A stretch of DNA of 64,000 nt from Bacteroidales bacterium (GTDB taxonomy: Bacteria; Bacteroidota; Bacteroidia; Bacteroidales; UBA3663): assembly GCA_017548545.1 (NCBI GenBank), contig JAFYZW010000127.1, positions 24,201 through 88,200 on the forward strand, given 5' to 3'. The notes under the pieces were generated by a model. It saw only the letters and a program-made list of their open reading frames with translations, was not told the DNA's origin and did not search any database. This document shows positions 27,093 through 36,163 of this stretch, piece after piece (the stretch's first letter is position 1; each line of letters opens with the position of its first letter). The translations under genes and the position numbers were made by a program.

Positions 27093-28553
27093 ATGAAACA
27101 TATACTATCTATCGGCAGTTGCTTTGCAGGCGCTGTTGCCTCGCTTTCCAGCTGTAGCAGCGGAACGAAACCCAATGACCCTCCTCGTCCCAACATCATC
27201 TACATCCTTGCCGACGATCTGGGCATCGGCGATATCGAGCCTTACGGGCAGAAATTGATTCGAACACCCAATCTCAATCGTCTTCAGGAACAAGGTATGT
27301 TATTCACTCAAGCCTATGCCGGCACCGCCGTTTCGGCACCTTCACGTTGTTCGCTGATGACTGGCCTTCACACGGGTCATGCTTTCGTGCGCGGTAACAA
27401 AGGTGTCGATCCCGAAGGTCAGGTGGCCATGCCCGAAGGCACATTTACCATGGCATCGATGTTCAAGCAGCAAGGCTATGCTACCGGATGCTTTGGGAAA
27501 TGGGGCCTTGGCTTCCCTGGCTCCGTTTCCGATCCTACGAAGGTGGGCTTCGACCAGTTCTTCGGCTACAACTGTCAGACGCTGGCACACGACTATTACC
27601 CCGATCATCTGTGGAACAACGAGCTTCGCATCGACATGCCGCAGAACTACGAGCAGCGTGAGGTTACATATTCGGCTGATACTATTCACCAGCAGGCACT
27701 GCAGTTCATTCGTGAACATGCCAATGCCCCATTCTTCACATTTTTGTCCTATACGTTGCCTCATGCCGAACTCATCCTGCCCCACGACAGTGTTTACGAC
27801 ATGTATTGTCGTGTGATTCCAGAGGCCGACGAGGTTCCATTCGCGCCCAAAGATCCCAATCGGCGTGGTGCCTATGGCCCGACAGTTCGTCCGTTGGCTT
27901 CCTTTGCCGCTATGGTGACCCGCTTTGACCGTTATGTGGGCGAGGTGATGCAGTTACTCGACTCGTTGGGCATTGCCGAGAATACCGTGCTCATCTTCAC
28001 TTCCGATAATGGCCCGCATCGAGAAGGCGGTGCCAATCCTGACTACTTCGACAGCTATGGACCCTATCGTGGTATCAAGCGCGATCTCTACGAAGGTGGT
28101 ATCCGTATGCCTTTCCTAATCAGTTATCCCGGTCATATTAAGGCGGGAACCACCAACGACCATATTATCGCCTTCTGGGACATGCTACCCACCTTTGCCG
28201 AGCTGGCTGGTTACGACAAGCCGCTCCAGACTGATGGTATCTCTTTCGTGCCCACACTGATGGGCAAAGAAGGCCAGCAGACCCACGAGAGCCTTTATTG
28301 GGAGTTCCACGAGCAGAACGGTAAGCAGGCTGTACGCCGTGGTCGGTGGAAGGGCGTGCGTCTCAATGTGGGCACCGACAAGCCCGTCTTCGAACTCTAT
28401 GACCTCAGTACTGACATCCACGAGGATCACAACGTAGCCGTCGAGCATCCCGACATCGCTGCCGAGCTCAATGCACTTATTGACAGCTGCCACACTGAGT
28501 CCGAGCTCTTCGACTTCGGCCGTGAAAAGGAGTCCAACGATATCACACACTGA
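27093..28553 (+). CDS. S1-family sulfatase (arylsulfatase-like), Ser-type formylglycine motif
   Basis: NIIYILADDLGIGD metal-binding start and signature SAPSRCSLMTGLHTGH (S-x-P-x-R instead of C-x-P-x-R). Lipoprotein signal LSSCSS. Confidence 0.85.
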   Translation: MKHILSIGSCFAGAVASLSSCSSGTKPNDPPRPNIIYILADDLGIGDIEPYGQKLIRTPNLNRLQEQGMLFTQAYAGTAVSAPSRCSLMTGLHTGHAFVRGNKGVDPEGQVAMPEGTFTMASMFKQQGYATGCFGKWGLGFPGSVSDPTKVGFDQFFGYNCQTLAHDYYPDHLWNNELRIDMPQNYEQREVTYSADTIHQQALQFIREHANAPFFTFLSYTLPHAELILPHDSVYDMYCRVIPEADEVPFAPKDPNRRGAYGPTVRPLASFAAMVTRFDRYVGEVMQLLDSLGIAENTVLIFTSDNGPHREGGANPDYFDSYGPYRGIKRDLYEGGIRMPFLISYPGHIKAGTTNDHIIAFWDMLPTFAELAGYDKPLQTDGISFVPTLMGKEGQQTHESLYWEFHEQNGKQAVRRGRWKGVRLNVGTDKPVFELYDLSTDIHEDHNVAVEHPDIAAELNALIDSCHTESELFDFGREKESNDITH

Positions 28554-28564
28554 TATATTTTAAT

Positions 28565-31500
28565 ATGCGCCGCAAATTCCTTGCCTTTCTAGCTCTCTCG
28601 TTCTTTATTCAGTTTGGCTCGATGTCATCGTGCCCTTCTCTTTTCGCTGCTCCCGTCACCATTGCCAAGAAGACCACTCAGCAGCGTTTCCCCGACGGAA
28701 CAGTCATCGACCCCTGGTTTCTTGATGTTACAACCCCGCAGCTCGCCGATCTTGGGGCGCAGTATCGATTGGACGACTATGGCCTCATCAGTTCGCCCTA
28801 TTTGGTGCAGACCGAGGCCATCCAGCAGCTCATCGATCGTGCATCGGCCGATGGCGGCGGTGTCATCGTTGTGCCAGAAGGAATCTACAAGTCGGGCGCT
28901 TTGCATTTTCGACAGGGCGTGAACCTCTACCTTTCGCGCGGGGCTGTTCTCTTGGGCAGCGAAGATATTTATGACTTCCCAATCCAGATGACGCGCATCG
29001 AAGGCGAATGGTGCAAGTATTTCCCCGCCTTGATCAATGTAGAGAGCACCGATGGCTTTACGCTCTGCGGCGAGGGCACGGTAGATGGCAATGGTTCGAC
29101 TTATTGGCGCAATTTCCGTCTGCGCAGAGAATGGAATCCCAAATGCACTAACAAGGACGAGCAGCGTCCTCGCCTGTTTTATGCCGAGTTTTCGACCAAT
29201 GTCACCATTGCGGGTGTTACGCTTCAGAATTCGCCGTTCTGGACCAGTCATTTCTACAAGTGCGACCACGTCAAGATCTTGGGTGTCCGTTATTTTAGTC
29301 CTAATCACCCGATTGCCTCGGCAAGTACCGATGGCATCGACCTCGATGCCACCTCTTACGTCCTCGTTAAGGGATGCAGCATCACGGTCAATGATGATGC
29401 CATTTGCTTCAAGGGAGGAAAATATCCTGATGCGCCCGAACTGGAGGCCAATGGCCCTTGTGAGAATATCCTCGTAGAAGAGACGTCGTGGAACAGCAGC
29501 ATCACCTGTGGCAGCGAATGTCTGGGAGCGCGAAACATTCTGGTACGCAACTGCACGGTTGATGGTTCGAGCCATTTGCTACAGCTCAAAATGCGTCCCG
29601 ACACACCTCAGCACTATCACTACATAACTTATGACAATGTCAACGGCTACACACGCGACGTGCTTCGTATAGCTTCATGGCGGCAGTTCTTCGACCTCAA
29701 GGGTCGCACCGAGTTACCGCGTTCATATGCTGACCATATCACTTTCCGCAATTGTAACCTTGAAGCTAATCGTTTCACCAATGTTGTTGCCATGCCTGAG
29801 GAATATGACCTTGCGGATTTTACCTTCAGCAATTTTACAATCACCTCTCCCGATACAACACTTAATCGTGCGGCCTTCAAGTCTGGACTTGTTGAGCAGA
29901 ATGTAACGTATATTGTGGTTCCGCGCATGGCATGGCCAGAGGTGACACGTCAAACTAAACCGTGGACACGTTGGTGGTGGCTAGGAGCGGCATACGATAC
30001 AGAGGATGTACGTGTCGCCCTGCAGCAATATGCCGAGGTAGGACTTGGAGGACTCGAAGTGACCAATATCTATGGTGTGCAGGGCGAAGAGATGCGCTTC
30101 AAGGAATTCCTTTCACCCGAATGGGTCGATCTTTTTTGCTATACACTCGACGAAGCTAAGCGCCATGATCTTGGCATTGATTTGGCCAATGCCTCCGGCT
30201 GGCCTTTCGGTGGTCCATGGATTTATGGAGATCTTGCCTGCAAGACGAAGGTGCCGCGCGTTTGGCATGTGAAGTCAGGAGAAAGGCTCGCCGAGAAGGT
30301 GAAGTACCATCAGGAACCGATGATAAAAGGGTACAATGTCCCCGACATCAACGAGGTGCAGTTTCCCTTGTACAAAAATACGCAACTTCAGCAGTGGGGT
30401 CTCGAACAGATTCGTGCTGAGAAGGATTTGCCTCTTATCATTCTTACTGCCAATGGTCCCGATGGTCAGGTCATCGACTTGACATCGCAGGTTCAGACTG
30501 ATGGTACGCTCGATTGGGTGGCTCCCTCCGTTGCTTCGAATACGAATACCGATACGTCGGCACAAGACGACTGGATCCTCACAGCACTTTTCCTCGGCGA
30601 CCATGGCAAATTAGTCGAGCGTGCAGGCCCCGGTGGCGAGGGTGATGTGATGGACCATTTTTCTCGCGAGGCCTGTCTGACATTCCTCTCGAAGTTCGAC
30701 GAGGCCTTTCGTGGACGTGATATCAGTTACTTGCGCTATTATTTCAATGATTCATACGAGGTTGATGATGCTCGTGGCATGAGCGACTGGACGACAAAGA
30801 TGTTCGATGAGTTCGAGCAACGCATGGGCTACGACTTACGCCAGCACTTGCCCGCTCTGTTGGGACAAGATACGCCCGCCATGAACAACCGCGTGACCTA
30901 CGACTTCCGTCAGGTCATCGAGGCACTCGTCCTCGAAAAATACACCATGACATGGAGCCAATGGGCCAAGGAGCACGGCAAGGGAATACGCAACCAAGCC
31001 CATGGTTCGCCGGCCAACATCCTCGACCTCTACGCGGTGGCCGACGTGCCCGAAATCGAGGGACGCGATCTTATCAGCATCAAGGCTGCACCTTCGGCAG
31101 CCCATCTTACCGGCAAGCAACTGGTAAGCTGCGAGGGTTGCACCTGGCTCAACGAGCATTTCCTCGGCACCTTGGGCGATGCCAAGCAGGCCATCGACCT
31201 TTTCTTCCTCGGAGGCGTCAATCATGTCTTTTATCACGGCACTTGCTTCTCGCCCGTCCGTGCCCAATGGCCAGGATGGATGTTCTATGCTGCTGCCCAT
31301 TTCGAGCCGAATAATCCATGGTGGGGTGACTTCCGTCATCTGAATGAATATGTTACACGCACTCAGTCGTGGTTGCAACAGGGTAGGGCTGACACCGACG
31401 TGCTGGTCTATTACAATATCACCGACATGCAGGCTGCCTACGATGAGCGTCGTCCCTTGCGCCATTATGCCGGTCTCGATCGCGAGATGCAGGAGAGCAA

Positions 31501-32761
31501 CACCCGTCGCTGCATCGAGCAGCTCGACCGTCTGGGTTTCTGTTGGGATATGGTGAGCGATCGCCAGATACAACAATTTACCGTCGATTCCAAGGGTAAC
31601 CTTTGTTCGAATACTCTGAGTACTCCGAAAACTCCGATTATCTACAAAGCCATCCTTGTTCCCTATTCCCGTCAATTGCCCTACGAGACAATCTGTCAAC
31701 TCTATCGTCTGGCTGAGGCGGGTGCCAAGGTGATCTTCGAACGTCAGTTGCCCAATGATGTGGTAGGCCTGAAAGATTATGCTCAGCGCAATGCAGAACT
31801 CCATGACTTGGCACAGAAACATGCTGAACGTGTGACCGTGCTCACCGATATTTCAAAACTTTCTATCGACAACGTCCGCCCCGAGACGAGCCTTTACTCT
31901 CAGCAGCTGCTCTGTCATCGTCGCATCCTTGATGATGGCAGCGAGGTCTATTTCATCGCCAATCGTAGTGGCCGCGACTTTGCAGGGACCGTTGGGCTGG
32001 CACCAGCCCATCTGCACGATTATGCTGCCATCTTCCATCCTATGACGGGAGCTTTCGGCAAGACCAACGTGAAGCGTACAACCCATACCAACACCCTCTT
32101 CCTGCAGCTGGCACAGGGTGAGTCTCTCATCGTCGTGCTTCATGATCAGCGTTATCTGGGTGCTCCCACATACACCTTTTATGCGCCCAAGACCAATGCT
32201 TCACAGCGCATCGAAGGACCTTGGCAACTCACTTTCATCGAAGGTGGCCCCGAGTTGCCCGCTTCGCGTACTCTTTCTCGCCTTGTCTCATGGACTGAAC
32301 TGGAAGATTCCGATTGCCGTGCGTTCTCAGGTGTAGCCGAGTACGTCACCACCTTGCCCGCTGTTGATAAGTCGGGGCGTGCCGTGCGTCTCTCACTTGG
32401 CCGTGTCTGCAACAATGCTTCGGTCTATCTCAATGGCAGTTACGTGGGTACCGTCCTGCCCGTCGGTGCTGACGCTATGCAAGCCGACGACGATACATCG
32501 TCGGCCAATAGTCTCATCATACCCAATGATCTCTTCCGAGGCAACGATGTCCTCACCATTCGCGTGGCCAATGGCATGGGTAATCGTATTGCCGACCTTG
32601 AGCGAAAAGGCGGACGTTGGCAGAAGTTTTACAATATCAACGTTAGCCCGCGTCGTCCTGAGAATCGCAGGAATGGAGTGTTCAGTGCCATCGATTGGGA
32701 GCCGCAACCTTCGGGACTGTTGGGTCCTGTGACCATCACACCCATGAAAATCGTACAATAA
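28565..32761 (+). CDS. Fusion glycoside hydrolase: N-terminal GH28 (pectinase fold) plus a C-terminal GH106-like alpha-L-rhamnosidase-type module
   Basis: The N-terminal roughly 450 aa carry the GH28 motifs STDGIDL and VNDDAICFKGG within a parallel beta-helix. From about aa 455, KPWTRWWWLGAAYDTEDV... and the C-terminal LGRVCNNASVYLNGSYVGTV sugar-binding-like domain match my recollection of GH106 proteins. The GH106 assignment is less certain than the GH28 one. Confidence 0.65.
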   Translation: MRRKFLAFLALSFFIQFGSMSSCPSLFAAPVTIAKKTTQQRFPDGTVIDPWFLDVTTPQLADLGAQYRLDDYGLISSPYLVQTEAIQQLIDRASADGGGVIVVPEGIYKSGALHFRQGVNLYLSRGAVLLGSEDIYDFPIQMTRIEGEWCKYFPALINVESTDGFTLCGEGTVDGNGSTYWRNFRLRREWNPKCTNKDEQRPRLFYAEFSTNVTIAGVTLQNSPFWTSHFYKCDHVKILGVRYFSPNHPIASASTDGIDLDATSYVLVKGCSITVNDDAICFKGGKYPDAPELEANGPCENILVEETSWNSSITCGSECLGARNILVRNCTVDGSSHLLQLKMRPDTPQHYHYITYDNVNGYTRDVLRIASWRQFFDLKGRTELPRSYADHITFRNCNLEANRFTNVVAMPEEYDLADFTFSNFTITSPDTTLNRAAFKSGLVEQNVTYIVVPRMAWPEVTRQTKPWTRWWWLGAAYDTEDVRVALQQYAEVGLGGLEVTNIYGVQGEEMRFKEFLSPEWVDLFCYTLDEAKRHDLGIDLANASGWPFGGPWIYGDLACKTKVPRVWHVKSGERLAEKVKYHQEPMIKGYNVPDINEVQFPLYKNTQLQQWGLEQIRAEKDLPLIILTANGPDGQVIDLTSQVQTDGTLDWVAPSVASNTNTDTSAQDDWILTALFLGDHGKLVERAGPGGEGDVMDHFSREACLTFLSKFDEAFRGRDISYLRYYFNDSYEVDDARGMSDWTTKMFDEFEQRMGYDLRQHLPALLGQDTPAMNNRVTYDFRQVIEALVLEKYTMTWSQWAKEHGKGIRNQAHGSPANILDLYAVADVPEIEGRDLISIKAAPSAAHLTGKQLVSCEGCTWLNEHFLGTLGDAKQAIDLFFLGGVNHVFYHGTCFSPVRAQWPGWMFYAAAHFEPNNPWWGDFRHLNEYVTRTQSWLQQGRADTDVLVYYNITDMQAAYDERRPLRHYAGLDREMQESNTRRCIEQLDRLGFCWDMVSDRQIQQFTVDSKGNLCSNTLSTPKTPIIYKAILVPYSRQLPYETICQLYRLAEAGAKVIFERQLPNDVVGLKDYAQRNAELHDLAQKHAERVTVLTDISKLSIDNVRPETSLYSQQLLCHRRILDDGSEVYFIANRSGRDFAGTVGLAPAHLHDYAAIFHPMTGAFGKTNVKRTTHTNTLFLQLAQGESLIVVLHDQRYLGAPTYTFYAPKTNASQRIEGPWQLTFIEGGPELPASRTLSRLVSWTELEDSDCRAFSGVAEYVTTLPAVDKSGRAVRLSLGRVCNNASVYLNGSYVGTVLPVGADAMQADDDTSSANSLIIPNDLFRGNDVLTIRVANGMGNRIADLERKGGRWQKFYNINVSPRRPENRRNGVFSAIDWEPQPSGLLGPVTITPMKIVQ

Positions 32762-32838
32762 CACATAAAATTTCGTTCAAAATAACGCGATTTCGTTTTT
32801 TTTCTTCCTAAAAATTTCTCCATTCAAAAATTATTGAC

Positions 32839-32846
32839 TATCTTTG
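32839..32846 (+). promoter_or_regulatory. -7 box TATCTTTG upstream of SusC (pectin-type PUL)
   Basis: TATCTTTGCACC, 75 nt upstream of the ATG at 32921. Confidence 0.6.
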
Positions 32847-32920
32847 CACCCGAAAATCACGGCATTTGCGATTTCCGCACACGTACATTTTATATATTAT
32901 AAACTTAACACACAATTCTG

Positions 32921-35900
32921 ATGAAAATCAAAGTTTGGCAAATGTGGTCACGCCTGGCCACTATGCTCTTTGTGATGTTCTGTCTTTCAGCCGCAGCGTT
33001 TGCGCAAAAGACAGTGACTGGTACTGTGGTTGATGACTTGGGAGAACCGCTCCCTGGTGTCAACGTTGTTGTCAAAGGCACGACGATTGGTGCTACCACC
33101 GATCTCGATGGCAATTTCTCCATCGCGAATGTGGCAGACAATTCGGTGCTTGTCGTTTCTTTTATTGGCTACACCACGCAGGAGATTCCCGTGGCTGGTC
33201 GTAGCACTTTCCAAGTGAAGTTGGCCGAAGATGCCGAGATGCTCGAAGAAGTCGTAGCCATCGGTTACGGTACGGCTAAGAAAGGTTCTCTCACCGGTGC
33301 CGTTGCGAAAGTAAATTCCGAGAAGCTCGGAGATCGTCCCATCACCGACGTAGCCACCGCCCTGCAAGGTCAGATGGCAGGTGTCGAGATTCGTTCAACC
33401 TCGGGTCAGCCTGGTCAGGACACCCAAATACGTGTCCGTGGTGCTGCCTCTATTCACGCCAATTCCGACCCGCTCTATGTTGTCGATGGTGTGGCTACCG
33501 ACAACATCAACTCCATCAACCCCAATGACATCGAATCAATCGAAGTCCTCAAGGACGCCTCTTCGTCGGCTATCTACGGTTCGCGTGGTGCCAACGGCGT
33601 AGTCCTCATTACCACCAAGCATGGCAAGAGTGGCAAGCCGCGCCTTGAGTTCCAAGGCATTTGGGGCTGGCAGCAGATGGAGCGCAAGGTCGATCTGGCT
33701 TCGGCAGAAGAGTGGATTTGGATGAAGAAATTTGCAATTAACCGCAATTATATCCAGAAGTTCGGTAGCAAGGGTGCTACTGTAAACGACGATTATTTCA
33801 CACGTTTGGCCATGAATGGCGGCGTGTTCAGCAACCAGTACATGTATGACCCCCGTTGGAACAATGGCGGCAAAGGTCTGTCGGCTTCCGATGCACTCAA
33901 ATATGCTGAGTCCTATACAGCCAGTGATCTTACTACTGACCTTATGTATGTCGATTGGCAGGACGAGTTCTTCCGCACAGCTCCCACCCAGAGCTACGAA
34001 CTGGCCGTGAGTGGTGGTGTCGATAACACCAGCTATCGCATCAGTGCCGGTTGGAACGATCAGGAAGGTATCGCTGTCAACACGGGATACAAGCGTCTCA
34101 CCCTTCGCGCCAACGTCGATTCGGAGGTTAACAAATGGATAAAGTACGGCATCTCGGTGGCTCCTACCATCTCTTGGCAGCGCTTGGGAGGTGGCGTCGA
34201 TAACAAGGACTCCGAGACCCACCATGCCCTTTCGATGGTGCCCGTAGTCGAGTCGGTTGGCGGTTTGGCATCGGGTTCCAATCCTTATCCCATCTATACA
34301 TGGGCCAACTCCACTGTTTCGCCTGTCGAGAAGATGAAGCAGTCGGATAACAACAAGGACGTGATTCGCATCCTCAGCTCGGCTTATTTGAAGTTCGATC
34401 TCACCCATGGTTTCTCAGCCAGCGTGACGGGTTCTTGGAACTTCTACGACTCTGAGCAGCGCAACTTCATTCCTTCCGATGTTGTCAATTCTTCGACTTG
34501 GAAGACCAACCCCGAAGGCTCCAACTCGGTAAATACCCGTACCGATGCACGCACCAACAAGTTCGCCATCGAGTCCCTCCTCAACTACCACGGCGAGTTC
34601 GGCAAGCACGACATCCAGGGCATGCTCGGTTGGGGTGATGAGGAACAGCGCGGCTGGACCACTACAGTCAAGGCAACGGGCTTCCCGAACAATGCCCTTG
34701 AGACTTTCAATACTTCAACAGCTACGACCATCAATACGGCCACGGCCGATATCTCTACCACCACACGTCTCGTCTCGTTCTTCGGTCGTGCGCAGTACGA
34801 TTATGACAGCCGCTATCTACTCACCGCATCATTGCGTCGCGACGGTTCGTCGCTCTTCGGCAAGAACGCCAAGTGGGGTTGGTTCCCCGCTGTCAGTGGC
34901 GCTTGGCGCATCAGCAACGAGGCTTTCTGGCCAAAGGACTTTGTGATGAACAACCTGAAGCTGCGTGCCAGCTGGGGCATGAATGGTAACAACTCCATCG
35001 CCTCCACTGCAGCTTTGGCCACTCTTGGTGTAGCCAACTATTCGTGGGCGGGTACTTCCTCGTCAGGTTACGCTGCCACGGCAGGTGCCAATCCTGACCT
35101 TGGTTGGGAGAAGACCAACTCGTGGAACATTGCCATCGACATGGGCTTCCTCGACAACCGTATCAACCTCTCACTCGATTACTACCAGAAGAAGACCACC
35201 GACCTCCTCTACCAGGTGCAGGTGCCTGTGGTGATGGGTTATTCGAGCGCCTGGGACAACATCGGAACCATTTCGAACAAGGGTCTTGAGATCGAGTTGA
35301 ACTCGACCAACATTCGCACCCGCGACTTCCAGTGGAATACCATCTTGAACCTCGGCTTCAACAGCAACGAGGTTACCGAGCTGGCCGAAGGTCAGTCGGT
35401 ATATACCGGTTTCTCTTCGACACAGATCCTCGAGGAAGGCCAGCCCATTAACGCCTTCTATCTTTACAAGACCATTGGCGTGTTCACCTCGCAGGAGGAC
35501 TTCGACAAGTATCCTCACTTGAGCAATCAGATCATCGGTGACTATATCTTCGAAGATTACAACGGTGACGGCAAGATCAATAGCGACGACCGCCAGATTT
35601 GCGGCTCGCCTTCGCCAAAGATGACATGGGGTCTCACCAATACGCTGAAGTACAAGAATCTCGATTTCTCGATGCTCATCACCGGACAGGCTGGCGGCAA
35701 GATCTACGGCCTCTTGGGTCGCGCCATCGACCGCACGGGCATGGGTCCAGCTGGTAACGTGCTGAAGCGTTGGGTGAACGCTTACTATGAAGAGGAGTAC
35801 CTCGACGCCCAGATGAAGAGCACCTACACTTGGGACGGCAAGACGCCTCTGCTCGTAGGCGGCACCAATTCGACCACCTACTACACCACCGATTGGCTCT

Positions 35901-36151
35901 ACAGCTCGGATTTCGTGAAGATCAAGAACATTACGCTGGGGTACAACGTTCCTGCTTCGAAGCTTCACCTCCAGAACCTCCGCATCTATGCTTCCATCGA
36001 GAACGTCTTCTCGTGGGATAGTTACGATTACTTCTCGGTCGAGTCGTCCAACTCGAGCACAAGCTCTACCAATGGCATCAAGGGTAACTACGACTACGGC
36101 GCTTACCCCTCGGCTCGTGTATATTCCCTCGGCGTTAATGTGACATTCTAA
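32921..36151 (+). CDS. SusC/RagA-family TonB-dependent outer-membrane transporter
   Basis: Carboxypeptidase-regulatory-like N-terminus TVTGTVVDDLGEPLPGVNVVVKGTTIGATTDLDGNFSI, plug IESIEVLKDASSSAIYGSRGANGVVLITTK, and terminal ...SLGVNVTF. Confidence 0.95.
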   Translation: MKIKVWQMWSRLATMLFVMFCLSAAAFAQKTVTGTVVDDLGEPLPGVNVVVKGTTIGATTDLDGNFSIANVADNSVLVVSFIGYTTQEIPVAGRSTFQVKLAEDAEMLEEVVAIGYGTAKKGSLTGAVAKVNSEKLGDRPITDVATALQGQMAGVEIRSTSGQPGQDTQIRVRGAASIHANSDPLYVVDGVATDNINSINPNDIESIEVLKDASSSAIYGSRGANGVVLITTKHGKSGKPRLEFQGIWGWQQMERKVDLASAEEWIWMKKFAINRNYIQKFGSKGATVNDDYFTRLAMNGGVFSNQYMYDPRWNNGGKGLSASDALKYAESYTASDLTTDLMYVDWQDEFFRTAPTQSYELAVSGGVDNTSYRISAGWNDQEGIAVNTGYKRLTLRANVDSEVNKWIKYGISVAPTISWQRLGGGVDNKDSETHHALSMVPVVESVGGLASGSNPYPIYTWANSTVSPVEKMKQSDNNKDVIRILSSAYLKFDLTHGFSASVTGSWNFYDSEQRNFIPSDVVNSSTWKTNPEGSNSVNTRTDARTNKFAIESLLNYHGEFGKHDIQGMLGWGDEEQRGWTTTVKATGFPNNALETFNTSTATTINTATADISTTTRLVSFFGRAQYDYDSRYLLTASLRRDGSSLFGKNAKWGWFPAVSGAWRISNEAFWPKDFVMNNLKLRASWGMNGNNSIASTAALATLGVANYSWAGTSSSGYAATAGANPDLGWEKTNSWNIAIDMGFLDNRINLSLDYYQKKTTDLLYQVQVPVVMGYSSAWDNIGTISNKGLEIELNSTNIRTRDFQWNTILNLGFNSNEVTELAEGQSVYTGFSSTQILEEGQPINAFYLYKTIGVFTSQEDFDKYPHLSNQIIGDYIFEDYNGDGKINSDDRQICGSPSPKMTWGLTNTLKYKNLDFSMLITGQAGGKIYGLLGRAIDRTGMGPAGNVLKRWVNAYYEEEYLDAQMKSTYTWDGKTPLLVGGTNSTTYYTTDWLYSSDFVKIKNITLGYNVPASKLHLQNLRIYASIENVFSWDSYDYFSVESSNSSTSSTNGIKGNYDYGAYPSARVYSLGVNVTF

Positions 36152-36163
36152 TAAAAGACAATT

